From positions 1 to 64,000 of the forward strand of contig JAPDFW010000085.1 in the NCBI GenBank assembly GCA_028826165.1: a stretch of 64,000 bases of DNA, read 5' to 3'. Below the pieces are notes generated by a model. The model searched no databases, was not told where the DNA came from, and was given only the letters and a program-made list of their open reading frames with translations. Of this stretch, positions 33,711-44,963 are shown piece by piece (position 1 is the stretch's first letter; each line of letters starts with the position of its first letter). The position numbers and the translations under genes were made by a program. Origin of the DNA: Anaeramoeba ignava BMAN. Taxonomy: Eukaryota > Protista > Anaeramoebae.

Positions 33711-35777
33711 TTATTTTCTTTTCTTTATATTTTTAAATTTGTTTGATGAAATTAAATCATTTAAAAATAAATCAATAATTGAATTTTGATTTAATTGGAA
33801 ATAATCTTTAATATCTTCAAATTCTTCAATTATTTTGGAATTAAATTTATTTTCTTCAATTTTATCATGATAAAGAAAATAAATAAATTGATTTATTGTT
33901 TCAAATGATTTTCTTGAATAATCATGAACTTGATTTGATTTATCTTGAATATTTAATTGAAACATTCCTTTAAATAATTCACTTCTTAAAAATAATATTA
34001 ATTTATGAACTTTGATTTCTTTTTCTTCTGAACAAATTATTGTAAAATCTTTTTTTGAATCATTTTCTTCATATAATTTTGATAAATCTTTTATTATTCC
34101 TTTTCTTTTGGATTTTGATTTAATCCAATTTAAATCAAATCCAATTTCTTTGAAAAATTCTTCATTAATTTCATTTTGTTTTGTTTCTTTTATCTTTAAT
34201 TCTTCTTCTTCTTCTTTTGTTTTTAATTCATCAATTTTAATAATATAATTCTTTAAAATTTGTAATTTTTGAATAAAATTATCAAAATTAGGAAATCCAG
34301 TATAAATGAAATTAATTGCAATTTCAACAATTTCTTTTGGTTTTTGTAAACAATTATTGATAAATTTTTGTAAATTTGATTGATTATAATCAAATCTTAA
34401 TAAAAGAATTTGTTTATGAACTTTGAATTTAAATAAATCATTTGTTTCAATTTCAAAATCTGATAAATTATCATTTGAATTTAATAAATTATTTAGATCT
34501 TGATTAATTGAATAAGTTTTAAGAAATAAATCAATAATTTCTTTTGTAATTTCATTTGTATCTGAATCAGGAATATCAGATTCATTCATTATTAATAATT
34601 TGATTAATTTTTGATTTTTATCTTTAATTGCATAATTTAAAGGTAATTTATTAGAATTACTTTTGATATTTATATCAGAACCTTTTGAAATGAAATATTT
34701 GGTAATTTCAACTAAAAATTTTTTATTTCTAATTTGGAAAATCAAATGTAATGGAACTTGATTAAAGAGAGTTTTGGAATTGATATCTGCACCGTTTTCA
34801 ATTAATAGTTTTATAAAATCAAGTGCTTTTTGCTTTTTATATTCACAAACAAAATGTAGTGGAGTTTCATCATATCTATTTTTTGCATTTATATCTGCAC
34901 CATTCTTAATCAAATATTCGATTACTTCAAGTGCTTTTTCATGTTTTTGATATTTACAAGCATAATGTAATGGAGTTTCTTTTTCATTGGTTATTGCATT
35001 GATATCTACACCTTTTTCAATTAAATATTTGATAATTTCAAGTGTATTTTGCTTTTGATCACGACAAACATAATGTAAAGGTGTTTTATTTGATTTGTTT
35101 TTGACATTTATATCTGCACCTTTTTCAATTAGATATTTGATAATTTCAAAAGAATTTTCATTTTTTTGATATTGACAAGCAAAATGTAACGGAGTTTGTT
35201 TATATTTACTTGAGGCATTAACATCTAAACCTTTTTTAATCAAATATTTGATAGTTTCAAGTGCTTTTTCATTTTTTTGATATTGACAAACATAATGTAA
35301 AAGTGTTTGTGTTCCTTTATTTTTGGCATTTATATCTGCACCTTTTGAAATTAAGTATTTGATAATTTCAAGTGTATTTTTTTGTTGATGTTGACAAACA
35401 AGATGTAAAGGTATTTCTTCCTTTTGTGTTTTTTCATTGATATCTGCACCTTTTTTAATCAAATATTTGATAATTTCAAGTGTATTTTCTTTTTGATATT
35501 GGCAAATAAGATGTAAAGGTGTTTGATTATAAAAATATTGTCTTTTGATATTTATATCAGCACCTTTTTCAATTAAATACTTCATAATTTTTAGTGTATT
35601 TTCTTTTTGATATTCACAAATAAGATGTAAAGGTGTTTGATTATAAAAGTTTCCAAAGTTTACGTCTGCTCCGTTTGAAATTAAATATTTAATAGTTTCA
35701 AATGTATTTTTGTTTTTATGTTTATATTCATTTTGACAAGCATTTATTAAAAGATCATTTAATTCTTGATTTTCCAT
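33711..35777 (-). CDS. Ankyrin + 2 BTB protein, array copy 14 (688 aa)
   Basis: Intact ORF. Confidence 0.92.
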   Translation of the reverse strand: MENQELNDLLINACQNEYKHKNKNTFETIKYLISNGADVNFGNFYNQTPLHLICEYQKENTLKIMKYLIEKGADINIKRQYFYNQTPLHLICQYQKENTLEIIKYLIKKGADINEKTQKEEIPLHLVCQHQQKNTLEIIKYLISKGADINAKNKGTQTLLHYVCQYQKNEKALETIKYLIKKGLDVNASSKYKQTPLHFACQYQKNENSFEIIKYLIEKGADINVKNKSNKTPLHYVCRDQKQNTLEIIKYLIEKGVDINAITNEKETPLHYACKYQKHEKALEVIEYLIKNGADINAKNRYDETPLHFVCEYKKQKALDFIKLLIENGADINSKTLFNQVPLHLIFQIRNKKFLVEITKYFISKGSDINIKSNSNKLPLNYAIKDKNQKLIKLLIMNESDIPDSDTNEITKEIIDLFLKTYSINQDLNNLLNSNDNLSDFEIETNDLFKFKVHKQILLLRFDYNQSNLQKFINNCLQKPKEIVEIAINFIYTGFPNFDNFIQKLQILKNYIIKIDELKTKEEEEELKIKETKQNEINEEFFKEIGFDLNWIKSKSKRKGIIKDLSKLYEENDSKKDFTIICSEEKEIKVHKLILFLRSELFKGMFQLNIQDKSNQVHDYSRKSFETINQFIYFLYHDKIEENKFNSKIIEEFEDIKDYFQLNQNSIIDLFLNDLISSNKFKNIKKRK

Positions 35778-35890
35778 TTTTTTATTTTTTTATTTTTTTA
35801 AATTTTTTTTGAAAAGAAAAAAAATGAAAATGAAAAAAAATGAAAAAAAAAATTTTTTCTTAATTTGAATTTGAATTTTGAATTAAGAAA

Positions 35891-38013
35891 TTATTTTCTT
35901 TTCTTTGTATTTTTAAATTTGTTTGATGAAATTAAATCATTTAAAAATAAATCAATAATTGAATTTGGATTTAATTGGAAATAATCTTTAATATCTTCAA
36001 ATTCTTCAATTATTTTAGAATTAAATTTATTTTCTTCAATTTTATCATGATAAAGGAAATAAATAAATTGATTTAAAGTTTCAAATGATTTTCTTGAATA
36101 ATCATGAACTTGATTTGATTTATCTTGAATATTTAATTGAAACATTCCTTTGAATAATTCACTTCTTAAAAATAATATTAATTTATGAACTTTGATTTCT
36201 TTTTCATCTTCACAAATTATTGTAAAATCTTTTTTTGAATCATTTTCTTTATATAATTTTGATAAATCTTTTATTATTCCTTTTCTTTTGGATTTTGATT
36301 TAATCCAATTTAAATCAAATCCAATTTCTTTAAAAAATTCTTCAATATTTTCATTTTGTTTTGTTTCTTTTATTTTTAATTCTTCTTCTTTTTTTAATTC
36401 TTTTTTAAGTTTTTTTTTTGATGAATTCTTTTTTAATTTTTTAATTTTAATAAGATAATTCTTTAAAATTTGTAATTTTTGAATAAAATTATCAAAATTA
36501 GGAAATCCAGTATAAATGAAATTAATTGCAATTTCAACAATTTCTTTTGGTTTTTGTAAACAATTATTAATAAATTTTTGTAAATTTGATTGATTATAAT
36601 CAAATCTTAATAAAAGAATTTGTTTATGAACTTTGAATTTAAATGAATCATTTGTTTCAATTTCAAAATCTGATAAATTATCATTTGAATTTAATAAATT
36701 ATTTAAATCTTGATTAATTGAATAAGTTTTAAGAAATAAATCAATAATTTCTTTTGTAATTTCATTTGTATCTGAATCAGGAATATTAGAATCATTCATC
36801 ATTAATAATTTGATTAATTTTTGATTTTTATTTTGAATTGCATAATTTAAAGGTAATTTATTAGAATTAGTTTTGATATTTATATCTGCACCTTTTTCAA
36901 TCAATAATTTCATTAAATCAACTGCATTTTCATTATTATTTAAACAGATTATATGAGATGGAGTTCGATTATGTTTATATTTATCATTAACATCTAATCC
37001 TTTCTTAATTAAATATTTAATAATTTCAAAATAATTTTCGATTTGATATTTAGAAATAAGTTCTAAAATTGAAACATTAAAGTTATTTTTAGCATTAATG
37101 TCTGCACCATTTTTGATCAAATATTTGATTACTTTGATTGTTTCTTTATGTTTTTGATATTTTAAAGCAAAAGTTAATGGTGTTTCTTCTTTATTTTTAG
37201 CATTGATATCTGCACCTTTTTCAATTAAATATTTAATAATTTCAAATGCATATTTGTTTTGATATTTACAAGTATAATGTAAAGCTGTTTTATTTGATTT
37301 TTTTTTGGCATTTATATCTGCACCTTTTGAAATTAAGTATTTGATAATTTGGAGTGTACTTTCATTTTGATATTGACAAATAAAATGTAAAGCAGTTTGA
37401 TTATTATTGGCTTTAATATTGATATCTGCACCTTTTGAAATTAAGTATTTGATAATTTCGAATGTATTTTGTTTTTGATATTGGCAAACATAATGTAAAG
37501 GTGTTTCTTTAATACCAACTCTTTCAGCATTGATATCTGCACCTTTTGAAATTAAATATTTGATAATTTCGAATGTATTTTCTTTATTTTGATATTGGCA
37601 AACATAATGTAAAGGTGTTTCTTTAATACCAACTGTTTCAGCATTGATATCTGCACCTTTTGAAATCAAATATTTGATAATTTCGAATGTATTTTGTTTT
37701 TGATATTTGCAAACAAGATGTAAAGGTGTTTCTTCTTGATTATTTTTGGCATTTATATCAGCTCCTTTTGAAATTAAATACTTCTTAATAAATACTTTCA
37801 TAATCCTTTTTTAGTCTCTTTTTCATATTTTTTGATATTCAAAAATTTAAGATGTAAAGGTGTTTGATTATAAAAGTTTTCAAAGTTTTTATTGATATCT
37901 GAACCTTTTGAAATTAAATATTTAATAGTTTCAAATGTATTTTTGTTTTTATGTTTATATTCATTTTGGCCGTGTTTCTTTATTAAAAGATTATTTAATT
38001 CTTGATTTTCCAT
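35891..38013 (-). CDS. Ankyrin + 2 BTB protein, array copy 15 (5' region garbled at ~37780-37990)
   Basis: MENQELNNLLI start at 38013 plus ORF 35891-37801. The intervening sequence is an indel-rich version of the copy 14 sequence. Confidence 0.75.
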
Positions 38014-38131
38014 TTTTATTTTTATTTTTAAATTTTTGAAAAGAAAAATGAAAAATGAAAAAAAAATGAAAAAAAAAATATTTTCTTAATTTGAATTTTG
38101 AATTTTGAATTTTGAATTTTGAATTAAGAAA

Positions 38132-40357
38132 TTATTTTCTTTTCTTTATATTTTTAAATTTGTTTGATGAAATTAAATCATTTAAAAATAAATCAATAAT
38201 TGAATTTTGATTTAATTGGAAATAATCTTTAATATCTTCAAATTCTTCAGTTATTTTAGAATTAAATTTATTTTCTTCAATTTTATCATGATAAAGAAAA
38301 TAAATAAATTGATTTATTGTTTCAAATGATTTTCTTGAATAATCATGAACTTGATTTGATTTATCTTGAATATTTAATTGAAACATTCCTTTAAATAATT
38401 CACTTCTTAAAAATAATATTAATTTATGAACTTTAATTTCTTTTTCTTCACAAATTATTGTAAAATCTTTTTTTGAATTATTTTCTTTATATAATTTTGA
38501 TAAATCTTTTATTATTCCTTTTCTTTTGGATTTTGATTTAATCCAATTTGAATCAAATCCAATTTCTTTAAAAAATTCTTCATTAATTTCATTTTGTTTT
38601 GTTTCTTTTATTTTTAATTCTTCTTCTTCTTTTTTTAATTCTTCTTGAATTTTTTCTGTTTCTTCATAAAATCTTTGATGTGATAAATTCTTTTTTAATT
38701 CATCAATTTTAATAAGATAATTCTTTAAAATTTGGAATTTTTGAATAAAATTATTAAAATTAGGAAATCCAGTATAAATGAAATTAATTACAATTTCAAC
38801 AATTTCTTTTGGTTTTTGTAAACAATTATTAATAAATTTTTGTAAAATTGATTTATTATAATCAAATCTTAATAAAAGAATTTGTTTATGAACTTTGAAT
38901 TTAAATGAATAATTTGTTTTAATTTCAAAATCTGATAAATTATCATTTGAATTTAATAAATTATTTAAATCTTGATTAATTGAATGAGTTTTGAGAAATA
39001 CATCAACAATTTCTTCATTAATTTCATATATATCTGAATCTGAAATATCAGATTCATTCATTATTAATAATTTCGTTAATTCTTGATTTTCATTTCTATT
39101 ATGGATTACATATTGTAAAGGTAATTCGTTAAAATTATTTTTGATATTTATATCTGCACCTTTTTTAATCAATAATTTCATCAAATCAACTGCATTTTCA
39201 TTATGAATTAAACAAATCATATGAGATGGAGTTTGATTATCTTTATATTTAGCATTAACATCTAATCCTTTCTTAATTAGACATTTAATAATTTCAGACG
39301 AAAATTTGTTTTTATGTTGAGAAATAAATTCTAAAATTGAAGACTCAAAACGAACTTTAGCATGAATATCTGCACCATTCTTGATCAGATATTTGATTAC
39401 TTTGATTGTTTCTTGGTGTTTTTGATATTGGCAAGCCATACTTAATGGTGTTTCGTCTTTGTTTCCAGTTCTGGCATTGATATCAGCACCTTTTTCAATT
39501 AAATATTTAATAATTTCAAATGCATATTTGTTTTGATATTGACAAGCATAATGCAAAGGTGTTTTTTTTGAACTGTTTTTGGCATTGATATCTGCACCTT
39601 TTGAAATCAAATATTTGATAATTTCAAATGCATCTTTTTTTTGAAATTGACAAGCATAATGTAAAGGAGTTTGACTATATTTACTAAAGACATTTATATC
39701 TGCACCTTTTTTGATCAAGTATTTGATAATTTCAAATGTGTTTTGTTTTTGATATTGACAAACAGAATGTAAAGCAGTTTGACTATATTTACTCAAGGCA
39801 TTAACATCTAAACCTTTTTTAATCAAGTATTTGATAATTTCAAGTGTATTTTCTTTTTGATATTGGCAAATAAGATGTAAAGGTATTTCTTCCTTTTGTG
39901 TTTTGGCATTTATATCTGCACCTTTTGAAATTAAATATTTGATAATTTCAAGTGCATTTTCTTTTTGATATTGACAAACATAATGTAAAGGTGTTTGATT
40001 ATAATAATATTGGCTTTTGATATTTATATCTGCACCTTTTTCAATTAGATATTTGATAATTTCAAGTATATTTTCTTTTTGATATTGGCAAACAATATGT
40101 AAAGGTGTTTCTCCATTTTTAGTTAAGGCATTTATATCAGCACCTTTTTCAATTAAATATTTGATAATTTCAAGTTTATTTTCATTTTGGTTTTGACAAG
40201 CAAAATGTAAAGGTGATTGATTATAAAAGTTTCCAAAGTTTACGTCTGCTCCGTTTGAAATTAAATATTTAATAGTTTCAAGTGTATTTTTGTTTTTATG
40301 TTTATATTCATTTTGACAAGCATTTATTAAAAGATTATTTATTTGTTTATTTTCCAT
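38132..40357 (-). CDS. Ankyrin + 2 BTB protein, array copy 16 (741 aa)
   Basis: Intact ORF; this is the 5'-most gene of the array. Confidence 0.92.
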   Translation of the reverse strand: MENKQINNLLINACQNEYKHKNKNTLETIKYLISNGADVNFGNFYNQSPLHFACQNQNENKLEIIKYLIEKGADINALTKNGETPLHIVCQYQKENILEIIKYLIEKGADINIKSQYYYNQTPLHYVCQYQKENALEIIKYLISKGADINAKTQKEEIPLHLICQYQKENTLEIIKYLIKKGLDVNALSKYSQTALHSVCQYQKQNTFEIIKYLIKKGADINVFSKYSQTPLHYACQFQKKDAFEIIKYLISKGADINAKNSSKKTPLHYACQYQNKYAFEIIKYLIEKGADINARTGNKDETPLSMACQYQKHQETIKVIKYLIKNGADIHAKVRFESSILEFISQHKNKFSSEIIKCLIKKGLDVNAKYKDNQTPSHMICLIHNENAVDLMKLLIKKGADINIKNNFNELPLQYVIHNRNENQELTKLLIMNESDISDSDIYEINEEIVDVFLKTHSINQDLNNLLNSNDNLSDFEIKTNYSFKFKVHKQILLLRFDYNKSILQKFINNCLQKPKEIVEIVINFIYTGFPNFNNFIQKFQILKNYLIKIDELKKNLSHQRFYEETEKIQEELKKEEEELKIKETKQNEINEEFFKEIGFDSNWIKSKSKRKGIIKDLSKLYKENNSKKDFTIICEEKEIKVHKLILFLRSELFKGMFQLNIQDKSNQVHDYSRKSFETINQFIYFLYHDKIEENKFNSKITEEFEDIKDYFQLNQNSIIDLFLNDLISSNKFKNIKKRK

Positions 40358-40588
40358 TTTTTTATTTTTTTAAATTTTTTTGAAATGAAAAAAAATGAAA
40401 AAAAAATATTTTTTAATTTCAATTTTAATTTCAATTTTAATTTTAATTTTGATTTCAATTTTGATTTTTCATTTCATTTAAAAAGAAAAAAAAAAGGGGA
40501 GAAAAAAAAAAATATTTTTTTCTCCTTATTAAAAATGAAAAAATTTTTTTTTTTGGTTTTCATTTTTCAAAAAACAAAAAAAAGAATA
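40358..40588. promoter_or_regulatory. Divergent promoter region with TTTTCATTTT initiator-like motifs on both strands
   Basis: 231 bp between head-to-head starts. The same motif recurs upstream of almost every gene in the window. Confidence 0.45.
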
Positions 40589-42076
40589 ATGAAAGATTTA
40601 ATTTCTTCTCTTGTTTTTTATCAATTAGGAAATGGTAGTTGTGAAATTGGACAAAATGATCTTTTCTCAATCGGTTTTTGGATTTTAGTTGTTCTTATTT
40701 TTCGGTTTATTTGTTCACAAATTTTAACACCTTTTATCGTAAAAAACTTTGCAAAAAGACAATCACCTAAATTTGAAGAAACATTTTTTCTATCAGTTCA
40801 TTATATTTTAGCTTTTTTTTTTGGTTATTTGGTTCTTCATGATGTAAAAAATAAAAAAAAATTTGATTTTTAATTTTATTTAAAAAACTAATTTTATTTT
40901 AAACTTAAATTTTATTTTAAAAACTAATTTTATTTTAAACTTAAATTTTATTTTAAACTTAAATTTTATTTTAAAAACTAATTTTATTTTAATCTTTCCC
41001 AAAAATAATTTTTTTTTTCTTTTTGGAAAAATTTTTCATCTTTTTTCGTTTTTTTTGTTTTTTTTTTTGCTTTTTTTTTATTGTTTTAGAAATATTGGTT
41101 CCGTTTATTATATATGGCTTGGAAAGATAGAAAAGGTTTATGGGAACATGATGGAGATCCATTTCCGTAATTTTATTTTTTTTCTTCTTTTTATTTTTAT
41201 TTTCTAATTTTTATTTTTTATTTTTTAGATGTGATGTCAAAATTTATTATGCTTTTCAATTAGGTTTTTATATTGTTGATCTTCCTTTCGCTTTTTTTAA
41301 ACAAAAAGTAAAAATTAAAATTAAAATTAAAATTAAAATTAAAATTAAATTTAAAATTAAAATTAAAATTAAAATTAAAATTAAAATTAAAATTAAAATT
41401 AAAATTAAAATTAAAATCAAAATCAAAATTAAAATTTAAAATCGGATAAAAAATTAAAATTTAAATTAGCAACCATATCTCATTTTAGCACATCATATAA
41501 CAACAATTACATTAATTGGAACTTCTTGGTATTACTTGTACGAAAAAAAGCAATTTTTTAAAAGAATTTTTTCAAATTAAATTCAAAATAAAATAAAATA
41601 AAAAAATAAAATAAAATAGGCATTATCAAATTGGAACATTATTAATGATACTTCATGATATTTCTGATGTTTTTCTTTATTCAGCCCAAGCATTTAACTA
41701 TTTAGGATATTCAACAATGAAAACAGCATGTTTTGTTCCATTTGTTTTAACATTCTTCTTTTTTCGGTTAATTATCTTACCATTTTTGGATTACAGTGAA
41801 CTTATTGAATACAAAGGAAGAACAGGATTTGTTGGAGATGTTTTAACTGGTGGACTTCCTATATTGGTTCTTATTTTTATGCATATTTATTGGTTCTTCT
41901 TAATTTTGAGAATTATTTATCGTATGTTTGTAGCTGAGAAACCTGTTTTTGATATTAGAAGTGATGATGAGGATGATGAAGTAAAAGATGATAAGAAAAA
42001 CAATGATAAAAACACTCCACCAGTTCAAACAGCTAAACCAAAAGAAGAAAATTCAGATATTAAAAAACGGAAATAA
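40589..42076 (+). CDS. TLC-domain ceramide synthase (Lag1/Lac1/CerS family), copy A, 311 aa; exons 40589-40843, 41090-41166, 41229-41307, 41470-41537, 41620-42076
   Basis: Four GT-AG introns give a continuous frame with the Lag1 motif (LAHHITTITLIGTSWY...GTLLMILHDISDVFL), the C-terminal DIRSDDE motif and a terminal KKRK (KKxx ER-retrieval type). Confidence 0.9.
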
Positions 42077-42079
42077 CTT

Positions 42080-42638
42080 TAATTCATTTCAAATTCAATT
42101 CCAATTCAATTTTAATTCAATTTTAATTCAATTTTAATTTAATTTTAATTTAATTTTAATTCAATTTAAATTCAAATTTTAATTCAATTTTAATTCAATT
42201 TTAATTCAATTTCAATTCAATTCTAATTCAATTCAATTCCAATTCAATTTTAATTCAATTTTAATTCAAATTTTAATTCAATTTTGATTCAATTTTAATT
42301 CAATTTTAATTCAATTTTAATTCAATTTTAATTCAATTTTAATTCAATTTTAATTCAATTCAATTCAATTTTAATTCAATTTAAATTCAATTCAATTCAA
42401 TTCAATTCCAATTCAATTTTGATTTTAATTCAATTTTGATTTTAATTCAATTCAATTTTAATTCAATTCAATTTTAATTCAATTTTAATTCAATTTTAAT
42501 TCAATTTTAATTCAATTTTAATTCAAATTTTAATTCAATTTTAATTCAATTTTAATTCAAATTTAATTCAATTTTAATTCAATTTTAATTTAATTTTAAT
42601 TCAATTCAATTCAATTTTAATTCAAATTTTAATTCCAA
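42080..42638. repeat. (AATTCAATTTT)n-type AT satellite downstream of ceramide synthase A
   Basis: Direct reading; a related tract lies at 44620-44910 after copy B. Confidence 0.85.
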
Positions 42639-42639
42639 T

Positions 42640-42835
42640 TTATTTTCTTTTCTTTTACTTTTTAAATTTTGTTGAAATGAAATTATTTTCAATTTAAATC
42701 AATTATCAAATTTTGATTTAATTTAAAATAATCTTTAATATTTTGAAATTTTTCAATAATTTTAGAAATTAATTTTGTTTTCTTCAATTTTATAATGTTA
42801 AAGGAAATAAATAAATTGATTTAAAGTTTAAAACG
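42640..42835 (-). pseudogene. Decayed 3'-end fragment of an ANK-BTB array gene
   Basis: Aligns by eye to the last ~190 nt of copies 11-16 (TLNQFIYFL...IKDYF.LNQN.IIDL...KRK*) with many substitutions and indels. Confidence 0.8.
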
Positions 42836-43050
42836 GTTTTTTTTTTGAGACAATTTTTTAATTCGATTTTAATTGATTTTTAGTTAATGTAAATTTTTTT
42901 GATGAAAGAAAAATAAAAAGGAGAAAAAATATTTTTTTTCTCCTTATTAAAAATGAAAAAATTTTCTAATTAAAAATTTTCATTTTTTTCATTATCACAT
43001 TTTTTTTTCAATCCATTTTTTTTTAAAAAAACAAAACAAAACAAAGAATA

Positions 43051-44616
43051 ATGACACGTTTAATTTCTTCTCTTGTTTTTTATCAATTAGGAAATGGTAG
43101 TTGTGAAACTGGACAAAATGATCTTTTCTCAATCGGTTTTTGGGTTTTAATTGTTCTTATTCTTCGGTTTATTTGTTCACAAATTTTAACACCTTTTATC
43201 GTAAAAAACTTTGCAAAAAGACAATCACCTAAATTTGAAGAAACATTTTTTCTATCAATTCATTATATTTTAGCTTTTTTTTTCGGTTATTTGGTTCTTC
43301 ATGATGTAAAAAATCTTTTTATTTTTTTTGTTATTTTTTTTTTGCTTTTTTTTTTTTATTAAAAATTTTTTGCTTTTTTTTTTTATTGTTTTAGAAATAT
43401 TGGTTCCGTTTATTATATATGGCTTGGAAAGATAGAAAAGGTTTATGGGATTATGATGGAGATCCATTTCCGTAATTTTATTTTTTTTATTCTTCTTTTT
43501 TTATTCTTCTTTTTTTTTATTCTTATTTTTTTTTATTCTTCTTTTTTTTATTTTTTAGATGTGATGTCAAAAATTATTATGCTTTTCAATTAGGTTTTTA
43601 TATTGTTGATCTTCCTTTCGCTTTTTTTAAACAAAAAGTAAAAATTAAAATTAAAATTAAAATTAAAATTAAAATTAAAATTAAAATTAAAATTAAAATT
43701 AAAATTAAAATTAAAATTAAAATTAAAATTAAAATTAAAATCAAATTTAAAATTAAAATTAATATTAAAATTAAAATTAAAATTAAAATTAAAATCGGAT
43801 AAAAAATTAAAATTAAAATTAAAATTAAAATTTAAAATTAAAATTAAAATCAAAATTAAAATTAAAATTAATATTAAAATTAAAATCATAAATAAAATTA
43901 AAATTAAAATTAAATTTAAAATTAAAATTAAAATTAAAATTAAAATTAAATTTAAAATTAAAAATAAATTTAAAATTTAAATTAAAATTAAAATCGGATA
44001 AAAAATTAAAAATTAAATTAGCAACCATATCTCATTTTAGCACATCATATAACAACAATTACATTAGTTGGAGCTTCTTTTTATTATATGTATGTAATAA
44101 AAATGAATTTTTTTAAGAATTATTTCAAATTCAAAATAAAATAAAATAAAATAAAATAGACATTATCAAATTGGAACATTATTAATGATACTTCATGATA
44201 TTTCTGATGTTTTTCTTTATGTAGCCCAAGCATTTAATTATTTAGGATATCCAGCACTGCAAACAGCATGTTTTGTTCCATTTGTTTTATCATTTTTCTT
44301 TTTTCGGTTAATTATCTTACCATTTTTGAATTACAGTACACTTATTGAATACAAAGGAAGAACAGGATTTGTTGGGGATGTTTTAACTGGTGGACTTCCT
44401 ATGTTGGGTCTTATTTTTATGCATATTTATTGGTTCTATTTAATTTTGAAAGTTATTTATCGCACTTTCACAACTGATAAAGGTGTTGCTGATGTTAGAA
44501 GTGATGATGAGGATGATGAAGTAAAAGATGATAAGAAAAACAACGATAAAAACACTCCACCAGTTCAAACAGTTAAACCAAAAGAAGAAAATTCAGATAT
44601 TAAAAAACGGAAATAA
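43051..44616 (+). CDS. TLC-domain ceramide synthase, copy B, 311 aa; exons 43051-43305, 43395-43471, 43559-43637, 44022-44089, 44160-44616
   Basis: Same exon lengths as copy A (255/77/79/68/457), with HH...LHDISD and DVRSDDE motifs. Confidence 0.9.
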
Positions 44617-44963
44617 CTTTAATTCAATTTTAATTCAATTTCAATTCTAATTCAATTTCAATTCAATTCCAATTCAATTTTAATTCAATTTTGATTTTAA
44701 TTCAATTTTGATTTAATTTCAAATTCAATTTTGATTTAATTTTGATTTTAATTCAATTTTAATTCAATTTTGATTTTAATTCAATTTTGATTTTAATTCA
44801 ATTTTGATTCAATTTTGATTCAATTTTGATTCAATTTTGATTTAATTTTGATTTAATTTTGATTTAATTTTAATTCAATTTAAATTCAATTTTAATTCAA
44901 TTTTAATTCAAATAAAACAAAAAAAATTTCCTTTTTAATTTTATTTCTTTAATTTGATTGAAA

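Noticed and set aside
11610-36458. Recurrent plus-strand ORFs beginning MISFSS(S)QIIVKSFF
   Set aside because: They are antisense shadows of the conserved BTB2 coding sequence, start at TTG, and recur only because the sense genes are duplicated.
37780-37990. Apparent foreign insertion in copy 15
   Set aside because: It reads as an indel-rich version of the equivalent copy 14 sequence, most consistent with unpolished long-read error.
40343-40588. ORF-track N-terminal extension of ceramide synthase A (and of the F-BAR gene at 54814-54852)
   Set aside because: It is low-complexity promoter sequence. Copy B and the FCH consensus place the starts at 40589 and 54813.
42059-42076. Identical IKKRK* C-termini in ceramide synthases and some ANK-BTB copies
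   Set aside because: Codons differ and upstream context is unrelated, so this is probably coincidence in A-rich sequence.
40844-44159. Hidden micro-exons in ceramide synthase, F-BAR, KNS3-like or RhoGEF introns
   Set aside because: Direct exon junctions already give complete motifs with correct spacing, and I saw no comparable paired AG-NNN-GT units. The check was by eye only.
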